The notes under the pieces: generated by a model | What the model was told of the DNA's origin: nothing | The model's database searches: none | The model's input: only the letters and a program-made list of their open reading frames with translations | Program-made: the position numbers and the translations under genes | Shown: positions 25,341 to 37,542 of the stretch, in pieces | Numbering within the stretch: position 1 is the stretch's first letter | How the letters are laid out: each line of letters starts with the position of its first letter | Assembly: GCF_055900595.2 (NCBI RefSeq) | Contig: NZ_CM148325.1 | Strand: one strand, 5' to 3' | DNA length: 64,000 bases

Positions 25341-25994
25341 ATGGATATCATTTCTGTCGCCTTAAAGCGTCATTCCACTAAGGCATTTGATGCCAGCAAA
25401 AAACTTACCCCGGAACAGGCCGAGCAGATCAAAACGCTGCTGCAGTACAGCCCATCCAGCACCAACTCCCAGCCGTGGCATTTTATTGTTGCCAGCACGG
25501 AAGAAGGCAAAGCGCGTGTTGCCAAATCCGCTGCCGATAATTACGTGTTCAACGAGCGCAAAATGCTTGATGCCTCGCACGTCGTGGTGTTCTGCGCGAA
25601 AACCGCGATGGACGATGCCTGGCTGAAACAGGTTGTTGACCAGGAAGATGCCGATGGCCGCTTTGCCACGCAGGAAGCGAAAGCCGCGAACGATAAAGGT
25701 CGCAAATTCTTCGCCGATATGCACCGTAAAGATCTGCATGATGATGCTGAGTGGATGGCAAAACAGGTTTACCTCAATGTCGGTAACTTCCTGCTGGGCG
25801 TTGCGGCGCTGGGTCTGGACGCGGTGCCAATCGAAGGTTTTGACGCCGCAATCCTCGATGAAGAATTCGGTTTGAAAGAGAAAGGCTACACCAGCCTGGT
25901 GGTTGTTCCGGTAGGTCATCACAGCGTCGAAGATTTCAACGCTACACTGCCGAAATCCCGTCTGCCGCAAAACATCACCATAACTGAAGTGTAA
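25341..25994 (+). CDS. nfsB: Oxygen-insensitive NAD(P)H nitroreductase
   Basis: ATG at 25341 gives [50 protein letters not shown]... (217 aa). Confidence 0.9.
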   Translation: MDIISVALKRHSTKAFDASKKLTPEQAEQIKTLLQYSPSSTNSQPWHFIVASTEEGKARVAKSAADNYVFNERKMLDASHVVVFCAKTAMDDAWLKQVVDQEDADGRFATQEAKAANDKGRKFFADMHRKDLHDDAEWMAKQVYLNVGNFLLGVAALGLDAVPIEGFDAAILDEEFGLKEKGYTSLVVVPVGHHSVEDFNATLPKSRLPQNITITEV

Positions 25995-26053
25995 TTCTCC
26001 TTTGCCGGGCATCCGCCCGGCTATTTCCCCTCAGATTATCCTGATTTGCATAA

Positions 26054-27349
<1,296 letters not shown>

Positions 27350-27356
27350 TTAAAAA

Positions 27357-27387
27357 ATCCGCTCTCATCGAATGGATGAGAGCGGAT
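27357..27387. terminator. Hairpin terminator between convergent ybdG and pheP
   Basis: ATCCGCTCTCATC-GAATG-GATGAGAGCGGAT perfect 13-bp stem; A-run on one side gives a T-run on the minus strand, so it is oriented mainly for pheP transcripts. Confidence 0.5.
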
Positions 27388-27405
27388 TCAGATGGTTGAC
27401 TTCGT

Positions 27406-27486
<81 letters not shown>

Positions 27487-27505
27487 AAATCAGCCTCACA
27501 TCAGC

Positions 27506-28888
27506 TTAATTCGCTTTTCTACGCAATGTTTTAAACGCCACAAACAGGAATACAATCCACACCGGCAGCAAAATTGCCGACAAGCGCATATCATCCATCG
27601 TGCACATCAGCAGCAAAATCATGCCGAGGAAGGCAATGCAGAGATAGTTGCCGAATGGATAGAGCAGCGCCTTAAACTGTGTTTCACGCCCCTGACGTCG
27701 CATCGCCGCGCGAAAACGCAGATGCGCCAGACAGATCATAATCCAGTTCAACAGCAACGTTGCCACCACCAGCGCCATCAGCAGACCAAATGCTTTTTGC
27801 GGCAGCAGATAGTTGATCAACACCACCAGCGAAGTGATAGCCCCGGAAAGCATCAGCGAGTTAATCGGCACGCCGCGACGGCTGACGCGAGTCAAAAACT
27901 TCGGTGCATTACCCTGCACAGAAAGACCAAACAGCATCCGGCTGTTGGAGTAAACCCCGCTGTTGTATACCGATAATGATGCTACCAGAATGACGAAGTT
28001 CAGCGCAGAAGCCACCACGTTGCTGTCGAGATTATGGAAAATCATCACAAACGGGCTACTGTTGGATTTCACTTCCACCCACGGATAGAGTGCCAGTAAA
28101 ACCACCAGTGAACCGATATAAAACAGCAGGATGCGATAAACCACCTGATTTACCGCTTTTGGAATACTTTTTTCCGGATCGCGCGCTTCAGCGGCAGTAA
28201 TCCCAATCAGCTCCAGCCCGCCGAAGGAGAACATAATCACCGCCAGGGACAAAATCAGCCCATTCCAGCCCGTGGCAAAGAAACCACCGTAGCGCCAGAG
28301 GTTGTCGATACTGGCTTTCTCACCGCCGTGACCAGAAAACAGCAGCCACAGGCCAAAGCCGATCATACCGATGATCGCCAGCACTTTAATCAGCGCAAAC
28401 CAGAACTCAGTTTCGCCATATAAGCGCACATTCACCAGGTTAACAGCATTGATGATAATAAAGAAGGCGGCAGCCCAGATCCAGGTGGGAACATCCGGGA
28501 ACCAGTACTGCATATAGATGCCCGCAGCGGTGAGTTCAGCCATCCCTACCAGTACGAACATCACCCAGTAGTTCCAGCCTGAGAGGAAGCCCGCAAACGG
28601 TCCCCAGTATTTATAGGCAAAGTGGGCAAACGAACCGGATACCGGCTCCTCAACCACCATCTCGCCAAGCTGGCGCATAATCAGGAAAGCAATGATCCCG
28701 GCGACGCCGTAGCCCAACAATACAGCCGGACCTGCCATCTGAATCGCCGGGCCAATGCCAAGAAACAGACCAGTACCAATAGCGCCACCCAGCGCAATCA
28801 GTTGAATATGACGGTTATGTAATCCGCGATGAAGCGTCGGCTCTTTATTCGACGCAGTATCTTCCGATACGGTTGACGCGTTTTTCAC
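27506..28888 (-). CDS. pheP: Phenylalanine-specific permease (APC family)
   Basis: Frame open from 28924; a GTG at 28886-28888 gives (M)KNASTVSEDTASNKEPTLHRGLHNRHIQLIALGGAIGTGLFLG...; start is approximate. Confidence 0.9.
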   Translation of the reverse strand: MKNASTVSEDTASNKEPTLHRGLHNRHIQLIALGGAIGTGLFLGIGPAIQMAGPAVLLGYGVAGIIAFLIMRQLGEMVVEEPVSGSFAHFAYKYWGPFAGFLSGWNYWVMFVLVGMAELTAAGIYMQYWFPDVPTWIWAAAFFIIINAVNLVNVRLYGETEFWFALIKVLAIIGMIGFGLWLLFSGHGGEKASIDNLWRYGGFFATGWNGLILSLAVIMFSFGGLELIGITAAEARDPEKSIPKAVNQVVYRILLFYIGSLVVLLALYPWVEVKSNSSPFVMIFHNLDSNVVASALNFVILVASLSVYNSGVYSNSRMLFGLSVQGNAPKFLTRVSRRGVPINSLMLSGAITSLVVLINYLLPQKAFGLLMALVVATLLLNWIMICLAHLRFRAAMRRQGRETQFKALLYPFGNYLCIAFLGMILLLMCTMDDMRLSAILLPVWIVFLFVAFKTLRRKAN

Positions 28889-28989
28889 GCCTTTCCCCTG
28901 TGTGTCTTTTTTGTTGAGGGGCACCTTTTAACATTTAGTGCCCATCGTCGCAAGACACAATCCACACGGTTAAACCGGGTATCTTGCTT

Positions 28990-31900
28990 TTATTTCCGTA
29001 CCCGGTGTCGGTGCAGCCACATCAGCTTATACGCCGCCGGAATAATAAACAGCGACAGCAAAGGTGCGGTAATCATGCCGCCAATCATCGGCGCGGCAAT
29101 CCGGCTCATCACCTCTGAACCTGCCCCCGTTCCCCACAAAATCGGCAGCAGACCCGCGATAATCACCGCCACCGTCATCGCTTTCGGGCGCACGCGCAGT
29201 ACCGCGCCGTGATATAACGCTTCATCCAGCTTCTGCTCGCTGAATGTTTGCGGATTATCCAGGGATGGATCTGCCTCTATGGCGTGACGTAAATACATCA
29301 ACATCACCACGCCAAATTCGGCGGCGACCCCGGCGAGGGCGATAAAGCCAGTGCCCGTCGCCACGGAAAGATGAAAGCCCATCCACCACAGCAACCAGAT
29401 GCCGCCCACCAGCGCAAACGGTACGCTGCTGATAATCAGCAACGCTTCGCCCACGCGACGGAACGCCAGATACAACAGCACGAAGATGATCATCAACGTC
29501 ATCGGCACCATGAGTTTCAGCTTATGGTTGGCGCGCTCCAGTAGCTCGAACTGCCCGGAGAATGCCACGCTGGTGCCCGGTTTTAACTGCACTTTCTCGG
29601 CAATCGCTTTTTGCAAATCGTGAACCACCGACACCATGTCACGATCGCGGGCATCGATATAAATCCAGCTTGTCGGGCGCGCATTCTCGGTTTTCAGCAT
29701 CGACGGTCCGGTAGAGACTTTAACGTCGGCCACATCCGCCAGGGTGATTTGCTGCTTCATCGGCGTCAGGATCGGTAGCTGGCGCAGCGCCTGTGGGCTA
29801 TCGCGCCAGCTTTGCGGATAACGCAGATTAATTGGATAACGGGCAATCCCTTCCACCGTTTCACCAACCATCGCACCGCCCACCGCAGAAGTCACAAACA
29901 ACTGCACATCCGCCACCGTCATACCGTAACGCGCGGCTTTTTCACGGTTGATCTCAACGTTGATATAGCGCCCACCTTCCAGACGCTCGGCAAGGGCAGA
30001 AGCCACGCCTGGCACCGTTCGCGCCACTTCTTCAATTAGCTCCGCCATCGCGTCGATATCCGCCAGCACAGTGCCGGAAACTTTAATGCCGATGGGGCTT
30101 TTAATGCCAGTCGAGAGCATATCGATACGGTTACGGATTGGCGGCACCCACAGATTCGCCAGCCCCGGCAGACGCACGGTGTTGTCCAGTTCCTCAATGA
30201 TTTTGTCCATCGTCATGCCTGGCCGCCACTGATCCTGTGGCTTAAGCTGGATGGTCGTTTCTACCATCTCCAGCGGTGCGGAGTCGGTGGCGGTTTCCGC
30301 TTTCCCGGTTTTGCCAAACACCCGCGCCACTTCAGCTACGCTCATAATCAGCTTGTCGGTTTTTTGCAGCATACTCGCCGCCTCCGCTGCGGAAATCCCC
30401 GGCAGTGTCGATGGCATATACAACAAGTCGCCTTCATTGATCTGCGGTAAAAATTCTCCGCCAACTTTATTGAGCGGCCAGAGAACCGTCAGCACCGAAA
30501 GCGCCGCCACCAACAGCGTGGTTTTAGGCCAGTGCAGTACTTTCAGCAACAGCGGATGATAAACACGAATCAAAAAGCGATTGAGCGGATTACTGCTTTC
30601 TGGTGGAATTTTGCCACGGATCCAGTAGCCCATCAGGATCGGGATCACTACGATCGCCAGCAGCGCCGCGCCCGCCATCGCATACGTTTTGGTGAACGCC
30701 AGCGGGCCAAACAGACGCCCTTCCTGCCCTTCCAGGGTGAAGATCGGGATAAACGACAGCGTGATAATCAGTAGACTGATAAACAGCGCTGGCCCCACTT
30801 CAACAGATGCATCGGTGATCACCTGCCAGCGCGTTTTATTATCCAGCGTGGCGTCAGGATGCTGGTGCTGCCACTCTTCCAGCCGTTTATGCGCATTCTC
30901 GATCATGACGATAGCGGCATCGACCATCGCCCCGACGGCAATCGCAATACCGCCCAGCGACATAATATTGGCATTCAGCCCCTGGAAGTGCATGATAATA
31001 AAAGCAATACACAACCCCAGCGGCAACGAAATAATCGCCACCAGCGCCGAGCGCACATGCCAGAGAAACAGCGCGCAGACTACCGCCACCACAATAAACT
31101 CTTCCAGCAGCTTGCCGCTGAGGTTGTCGATGGCGCGGTCAATAAGCTGGCTGCGATCGTATGTTGTAACTATCTCCACGCCTTCCGGCAGACTGCTTTT
31201 CAGCGTTTCCAGTTTGTCCTTCACGGCGGCGATCACTTCACGGGCGTTTTTGCCGGAACGCAGGATCACCACCCCACCTGCCACTTCGCCTTCGCCGTTC
31301 AGTTCGGCAATACCCCGGCGCATTTCCGGGCCAACCTGGACCTTCGCAACATCACGCAGATAGACGGGCACGCCATTTTCACTGGCTTTTAAAACGATGT
31401 GATTAAAGTCGTCGAGCGTTTGCAGATAGCCGCTGGCGCGCACCATATATTCCGCTTCCGCCAGTTCGATCGACGAACCGCCCGCTTCCTGGTTTGAAGC
31501 ATCCAGCGCGCTTTTTACTTCGGCGAGACTGATGCCATATTGCGCCAGGCGCTGTGGATCGATAACCACCTGATACTCTTTCACCACACCGCCCACCGAC
31601 GCCACTTCCGCAACGTCAGGGATGGTTTTTAGCTCATATTTGAGAAACCAGTCCTGCAATGAGCGTAAATCGGCCAGATCGTGCTTACCGCTGCGATCCA
31701 CCAGTGCATATTCATAGATCCAGCCAACACCCGTGGCATCTGGCCCCAACTCGGCGCTGACTCCCGCAGGCAGTTTACCCTGTACCTGGTTGAGGTACTC
31801 CAGTACCCGCGAGCGCGCCCAGTACGGATCGGTGCCATCTTCGAAAATGACATACACATAAGAGTCGCCAAACTGCGAGAAACCGCGCACAGTCTTCGCG

Positions 31901-32133
31901 CCAGGTACTGACAACATGGTGGTGGTTAGCGGATAAGTCACCTGATTTTCAACGATTTGCGGTGCCTGACCGGGATAGCTGGTTTTAATAATCACCTGCA
32001 CATCGGAGAGATCCGGCAGCGCATCCACTGGCGTGTTAATGATAGTCCAGGTGCCCCAGATACTCAGAAACAACGCGCCCATCAGCACCAGAAAACGGTT
32101 CGCCACCGAGCGACGAATAATCCATTCAATCAT
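28990..32133 (-). CDS. cusA: RND copper/silver efflux pump inner-membrane transporter
   Basis: 1047-aa [30 protein letters not shown]..., 12-TM RND architecture. Confidence 0.95.
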   Translation of the reverse strand: MIEWIIRRSVANRFLVLMGALFLSIWGTWTIINTPVDALPDLSDVQVIIKTSYPGQAPQIVENQVTYPLTTTMLSVPGAKTVRGFSQFGDSYVYVIFEDGTDPYWARSRVLEYLNQVQGKLPAGVSAELGPDATGVGWIYEYALVDRSGKHDLADLRSLQDWFLKYELKTIPDVAEVASVGGVVKEYQVVIDPQRLAQYGISLAEVKSALDASNQEAGGSSIELAEAEYMVRASGYLQTLDDFNHIVLKASENGVPVYLRDVAKVQVGPEMRRGIAELNGEGEVAGGVVILRSGKNAREVIAAVKDKLETLKSSLPEGVEIVTTYDRSQLIDRAIDNLSGKLLEEFIVVAVVCALFLWHVRSALVAIISLPLGLCIAFIIMHFQGLNANIMSLGGIAIAVGAMVDAAIVMIENAHKRLEEWQHQHPDATLDNKTRWQVITDASVEVGPALFISLLIITLSFIPIFTLEGQEGRLFGPLAFTKTYAMAGAALLAIVVIPILMGYWIRGKIPPESSNPLNRFLIRVYHPLLLKVLHWPKTTLLVAALSVLTVLWPLNKVGGEFLPQINEGDLLYMPSTLPGISAAEAASMLQKTDKLIMSVAEVARVFGKTGKAETATDSAPLEMVETTIQLKPQDQWRPGMTMDKIIEELDNTVRLPGLANLWVPPIRNRIDMLSTGIKSPIGIKVSGTVLADIDAMAELIEEVARTVPGVASALAERLEGGRYINVEINREKAARYGMTVADVQLFVTSAVGGAMVGETVEGIARYPINLRYPQSWRDSPQALRQLPILTPMKQQITLADVADVKVSTGPSMLKTENARPTSWIYIDARDRDMVSVVHDLQKAIAEKVQLKPGTSVAFSGQFELLERANHKLKLMVPMTLMIIFVLLYLAFRRVGEALLIISSVPFALVGGIWLLWWMGFHLSVATGTGFIALAGVAAEFGVVMLMYLRHAIEADPSLDNPQTFSEQKLDEALYHGAVLRVRPKAMTVAVIIAGLLPILWGTGAGSEVMSRIAAPMIGGMITAPLLSLFIIPAAYKLMWLHRHRVRK

Positions 32134-32144
32134 TGGTTATTCCC

Positions 32145-33368
32145 TCAATGCGCATGGGTAGCACTTTCAGAGCGCATCCGCTCCAGTGCGCCAGAAATAT
32201 TGGCTTCAGAATCAATCAGGTACAGGCCGCTGGAAACCACCTTTTCACCTTCCGCCAGACCAGAACGTAGCGCGGTGACGCCTTGCGACGCCTGGAAAAC
32301 AGCAACGCGTTTCGGTACAAAGCGCCCGTCGGCATCAACGGTAATCACCCGCTGTTCGTTACCAGTATCAATCAGTGCCTGTGACGGAATGAGCAGCATC
32401 GGTTCACTGGCGGTGTTGAGTTGCAACCAGGCGTTCATTCCCGGTTTTAGCGCCTCGTCGGCGTTGTCGACCTCCAGACGCAGTTGCAGCGTGCGGGTCG
32501 CGGCATCCACGCCGGGTAGAAGGGTCCATTTGCGGATGCTGAGCGTTTTATCCGGTCGCGCCGGAACGGTGAGCGTAAATTGCGAGGCATCTTTCACCAG
32601 CCAGGCGATGGACTCCGGGATCGCAGCAGTGACCCACACCGGGTCCATACCCTGAATTTTCGCGACCACGTTATCTTTGGCGATATTCATTCCCGCGCGC
32701 AGATCAAACGCGGTGATCACGCCATCAATGGGCGCTTTGAGCGTAAAGCGAGTCTGGATTTTTTGCGTGGTAATCAGGCGGCGAATATCGGCCTCCGGCA
32801 TTCCCGCCAGCCGCAGGCGCTCAAGAATGCCTTCAGTCTGGGTCGCCGTACCGCCGGTTTCGCGCAGCAGTAAATACTCACTCTGCGCTTCCACCCAGTC
32901 GGGAATGGTCAGGTCGAGAAGCGGTGTGCCCTTTTGCACTTTATCGCCCACGGTGAGCGGATACACCTTGTCGATAAACCCGGCGGCGCGGGCCTGCACA
33001 ATGGCAAACTGATACTCGTTGTAACTCACATTCGCTGGGAAACTCTGGGCAAAAGTCAGCGGCCCGCGCGTGACGGTCGCCGTTTTCACCCCCAGATTTT
33101 GCGTCTGGGTCGGGTCAATGCGCACACCAGACGCAGAACTCTCTTCATCGGCATATTTCGGCACCAGATCCATATCCATAAACGGCGATTTACCTGGTTT
33201 ATCGAACCGCGTATTGGGATACATTGGGTCGTACCAGAATAAGACTTTACGTTCTGCGGTCGACGTTTTTTCTGCGGGCGGTTCAGCCTTTGCAAACCAG
33301 GTAAAACCTGCCGCAGAAATAATACCGCCCGCGATCATGCTGCCGATAATAAGCGCGATTTTTTTCAT
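32145..33368 (-). CDS. cusB: Copper/silver efflux membrane-fusion (periplasmic adaptor) protein
   Basis: 407-aa ORF MKKIALIIGSMIAGGIISAAGFTWFAKAEPPAEKTS... Confidence 0.95.
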   Translation of the reverse strand: MKKIALIIGSMIAGGIISAAGFTWFAKAEPPAEKTSTAERKVLFWYDPMYPNTRFDKPGKSPFMDMDLVPKYADEESSASGVRIDPTQTQNLGVKTATVTRGPLTFAQSFPANVSYNEYQFAIVQARAAGFIDKVYPLTVGDKVQKGTPLLDLTIPDWVEAQSEYLLLRETGGTATQTEGILERLRLAGMPEADIRRLITTQKIQTRFTLKAPIDGVITAFDLRAGMNIAKDNVVAKIQGMDPVWVTAAIPESIAWLVKDASQFTLTVPARPDKTLSIRKWTLLPGVDAATRTLQLRLEVDNADEALKPGMNAWLQLNTASEPMLLIPSQALIDTGNEQRVITVDADGRFVPKRVAVFQASQGVTALRSGLAEGEKVVSSGLYLIDSEANISGALERMRSESATHAH

Positions 33369-33383
33369 CTCATTAAACCTGGG

Positions 33384-33716
33384 TTACTGGCTGACTTTAA
33401 TATCCTGTAATAAAGAAAGGTTGCCCTGCTGGACAAAATTAAACGCTACTTTGTCGCCAGTTTTAATTTCACTCATTTTCGTCTGCGGGGTGATGGTAAA
33501 GCGCATGGTCATCTCCGGCCAGTTCACGGCAGCAATCGGATCGTGATGGATGGTGATTTTTTTGCTTTCCAGATCAACACCTTTTACCACACCGGTGGCG
33601 CTAATAACCTGTGGTTGTGCTTCGCTCATGGTTTCATGGTGATGTTCGTTAGCCTGGGCATTAAAGCCAATAACAGTAAACAGACTGAACATTACGACTT
33701 GCAGTGCTTTTTTCAT
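33384..33716 (-). CDS. cusF: Periplasmic copper/silver chaperone
   Basis: 110-aa ORF with a signal peptide and a His/Met-rich region (ANEHHHETMSEAQ). Confidence 0.9.
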   Translation of the reverse strand: MKKALQVVMFSLFTVIGFNAQANEHHHETMSEAQPQVISATGVVKGVDLESKKITIHHDPIAAVNWPEMTMRFTITPQTKMSEIKTGDKVAFNFVQQGNLSLLQDIKVSQ

Positions 33717-33738
33717 TATTCTCTCCTGGAGTTAAAAT

Positions 33739-35121
33739 TTATTGCTGCCAACCGCCACCCAGGGCGGTATATAAGGAAACTTCGTTAACCTGACGGGCAT
33801 AATTCAGGTCGAGTAAAGTTTGTCGGGTTGCAAATAAAGAACGTTCGGCATCCAGCACTTCCAGATAACTTACCGCGCCGTGCTGATATAATGCCCGCGC
33901 CCGTTGCAGGGTAATTTGCAGCGACGCCAGATAACGCTGCTGGGCGCTGATTTGATCGTTCAGGCTTTGACGTAATGCAAGCGCATCTGCCACTTCTTTA
34001 AAGGCGTTCTGAATTTTCTGTTCATAATTCACCACCGACTGCTGCTGGCGAATTTCGGCGATATCCAGATTGGCCTGGTTGCGTCCGGCATTAAAAATGG
34101 GGATCTCAATTTTGGGAATAAAATTCCACATCCCGCTGCTGGCGTTAAATAATGATGACAGATCGCTGCTGGCGGTTGATATTCCACTGGTCAGGCTTAT
34201 AGACGGGAAAAATGCCGCACGCGCAGCACCAATATTGGCATTAGCCGCCATTAACGCGTGTTCAGCTTCCATAATATCCGGGCGCTGCAACAAGATTTGC
34301 GACGACAAGCCCGCCGGTAATTTAACGCTTTGCAGGCTGTCGCTGTTTACTGTCTGCGCTTGCGGCAGCTTGCCGTAGTTTCCCAATAACAGTTGCAATG
34401 CATTATTCGCCTGCGCCAGTTCCCCCTGACGTTTAGCGATATCACTGCGGGTACTTTCTATCACCCCGCGAGCCTGTTCCAGCGCCAGAACATTGCTGCT
34501 ACCAGTCAAAAGTTGTTTTTCGACAAACGCATATGACTGCTGATAATTACGCAGCGTTTCTTCGGCTATTTGTAATTGCGCATAAGCCAGTTGCTGATTG
34601 AAATAGCTTTGCGCGACATTAGAAACCAGCAGAATATGCACCGCGCGCTGAGCTTCCTCAGTGGCTAAATAATTTTGTCGCTCGGCTTCGCTCATGTTCT
34701 TTAAGCGACCGAAAAAATCGAGATCAAAGCTGGCGTTAAGGCCAGTCGAGAACTCCCGCGTCGTGGCTGAATCGCCTTTAAGATTGCCGCTCCAGCTGCC
34801 GCTACCCTCGCCATTGAGCTGCGGGTAGCGGTCGGCATCGGTCAGACGATATTGCGCCCGTGCCTCCTGCACTTTCAGCGTCGCCATGCGCAAATCCCGA
34901 TTATTCACCAGCGCCTCGCTAATCAGCGTCTTCACCTGATTATCAACAAAAAAGGTGCGCCAGCCCGCGTTCTGGTAGTTATCTACCGCGTTAACCAGGC
35001 CGTTCTGGCTGAGTGAGAACTGCTGCGGCACGGGCATTGCCGGACGCTGATATTCCGGTGCCAGTGAACAACCGGTTAGCGCAAGGGCCACACAAAATGG
35101 CAGAAGTTTACAAGGAGACAT
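33739..35121 (-). CDS. cusC: Outer-membrane factor of the Cus efflux system (lipoprotein)
   Basis: 460-aa ORF MSPCKLLPFCVALALTGCSLAPEYQRP... with lipobox LTGC. Confidence 0.9.
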   Translation of the reverse strand: MSPCKLLPFCVALALTGCSLAPEYQRPAMPVPQQFSLSQNGLVNAVDNYQNAGWRTFFVDNQVKTLISEALVNNRDLRMATLKVQEARAQYRLTDADRYPQLNGEGSGSWSGNLKGDSATTREFSTGLNASFDLDFFGRLKNMSEAERQNYLATEEAQRAVHILLVSNVAQSYFNQQLAYAQLQIAEETLRNYQQSYAFVEKQLLTGSSNVLALEQARGVIESTRSDIAKRQGELAQANNALQLLLGNYGKLPQAQTVNSDSLQSVKLPAGLSSQILLQRPDIMEAEHALMAANANIGAARAAFFPSISLTSGISTASSDLSSLFNASSGMWNFIPKIEIPIFNAGRNQANLDIAEIRQQQSVVNYEQKIQNAFKEVADALALRQSLNDQISAQQRYLASLQITLQRARALYQHGAVSYLEVLDAERSLFATRQTLLDLNYARQVNEVSLYTALGGGWQQ

Positions 35122-35190
35122 AGGCTCATAATTTCTGGTGATTTTATGCCGCCAACTTTACTCGCCAGGCTCTGATTTTCCGGTGACAGG

Positions 35191-35212
35191 AAAATGACAA
35201 AATTGTCATTTT
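35191..35212. promoter_or_regulatory. Putative CusR box in the divergent cusC / cusR promoter region
   Basis: Perfect palindrome AAAATGACAAAATTGTCATTTT between cusC and cusR. Confidence 0.6.
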
Positions 35213-35277
35213 GCCAATAAGCGATTGCCATCTGATCCCGCTACTCTAGAATTGCCCGGGCAACATGCGGAGGAAAT

Positions 35278-35961
35278 ATGAAACTGTTGATTGTCGAAGA
35301 TGAAAAGAAAACCGGCGAATACTTAACCAAAGGGTTAACCGAGGCCGGTTTTGTGGTTGATTTGGCCGATAACGGGCTGAATGGATACCATCTGGCGATG
35401 ACAGGTGATTATGACCTGATAATCCTAGATATTATGCTGCCGGACGTGAACGGCTGGGATATCGTGCGTATGTTGCGTTCCGCCAATAAAGGGATGCCGA
35501 TTCTGTTGCTTACCGCGCTTGGCACCATTGAACATCGCGTCAAGGGGCTGGAGCTGGGAGCGGATGACTATCTGGTGAAGCCGTTCGCTTTTGCTGAACT
35601 GCTGGCGCGGGTGCGCACTCTACTGCGTCGCGGGGCGGCGGTGATTATCGAAAGTCAGTTTCAGGTTGCCGATTTAATGGTTGATCTGGTCAGCCGCAAA
35701 GTCACCCGCAGCGGCACGCGCATCACTTTGACCAGTAAAGAGTTTACTCTGCTGGAGTTTTTCCTTCGCCATCAGGGCGAAGTGCTGCCCCGCTCGCTTA
35801 TCGCCTCGCAGGTGTGGGACATGAATTTCGACAGCGACACTAACGCCATTGATGTGGCGGTGAAGCGGCTGCGCGGCAAAATCGACAACGACTTTGAGCC
35901 GAAGCTGATTCAAACCGTGCGCGGCGTGGGTTACATGCTTGAGGTGCCGGATGGTCAGTAA
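35278..35961 (+). CDS. cusR: Copper-responsive two-component response regulator (OmpR family)
   Basis: 227-aa [33 protein letters not shown]..., receiver plus winged-helix domains. Confidence 0.95.
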
Positions 35962-37393
35962 GCCGTTTCAGCGCCCGTTTTCGCTGGCAACCCGCCTGAC
36001 CTTTTTTATTAGCCTGGCCACCATCGCGGCGTTTTTCGCCTTTGCATGGATCATGATCCACTCAGTAAAAGTGCATTTTGCCGAGCAGGATATTAATGAT
36101 TTAAAAGAGATTAGCGCCACACTTGAACGGGTACTTAATCACCCTGACGAAACGCAAGCCCGACGCTTAATGACGCTGGAAGATATTGTCAGTGGTTATT
36201 CCAATGTGTTGATTTCTCTGGCAGATAGCCACGGTAAAACGGTGTATCACTCCCCCGGCGCGCCGGATATCCGCGAGTTTGCACGTGATGCCATACCCGA
36301 TAAAGACGCTCGGGGCGGCGAGGTGTATCTCCTTTCCGGCCCGACAATGATGATGCCAGGCCACGGTCACGGGCATATAGAACACAGCAACTGGCGGATG
36401 ATTAACTTGCCGGTTGGCCCGCTGGTGGACGGCAAACCGATTTATACGCTCTACATCGCGCTGTCTATTGATTTTCATCTTCATTACATTAATGATTTGA
36501 TGAATAAACTTATTATGACCGCATCGATCATCAGCATCCTGATCGTCTTTATCGTGCTGTTGGCGGTACATAAAGGCCACGCGCCAATTCGCAGCGTCAG
36601 CCGTCAAATCCAGAACATTACCTCGAAAGATCTCGACGTTCGCCTCGATCCACAGACCGTGCCCATTGAACTGGAACAACTGGTGCTGTCGTTCAACCAT
36701 ATGATCGAGCGTATCGAGGATGTCTTTACCCGCCAGTCCAATTTCTGTGCGGATATCGCCCACGAAATTCGCACGCCGATTACGAATCTCATAACGCAAA
36801 CGGAAATCGCCCTCAGCCAGTCGCGCAGCCAGAAGGAGCTGGAAGATGTGCTCTACTCTAATCTCGAAGAGCTGACGCGAATGGCGAAAATGGTCAGCGA
36901 TATGCTGTTTCTCGCTCAGGCCGATAACAACCAGTTAATCCCCGAAAAGAAAATGCTCAACCTGGCGGATGAAGTTGGTAAAGTGTTCGATTTTTTCGAG
37001 GCGTTAGCGGAAGATCGCGGCGTAGCACTACGGTTTGTTGGCGACAAATGTCAGGTTGCGGGCGATCCGCTGATGCTGCGTCGGGCGCTAAGCAACCTGC
37101 TTTCTAACGCCCTGCGTTATACGCCGCCCGGAGAGGCAATTGTAGTGCGCTGTCAAACGGTCGATCACCAGGTGCAAGTTACCGTCGAAAACCCCGGTAC
37201 GCCCATTGCGCCCGAGCACTTACCGCGTTTGTTTGACCGTTTCTACCGCGTTGATCCTTCCCGCCAGCGAAAAGGTGAAGGTAGCGGTATTGGTCTGGCG
37301 ATAGTGAAATCAATTGTTGTCGCGCATAAAGGCACGGTTGCGGTAACGTCAGATGCGCGGGGGACAAGGTTTGTTATCATATTACCCGCTTAA
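35951..37393 (+). CDS. cusS: Copper-sensing histidine kinase
   Basis: ATG at 35951 gives [38 protein letters not shown]...; H-box [10 protein letters not shown]; overlaps the cusR stop. Confidence 0.9.
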
Positions 37394-37542
37394 TCCTTCA
37401 GCAATCGGCAACTTTTATAACCAGTGTAAAAATAACGTGCCGCAATAATCCTACCTATTAATGATAAAAAGCTGTCACAATTCATAAAAAACTTTAATAT
37501 ACGCCACCCTAAACATAACCAGCGTTAATGTAAGGTTTTTGT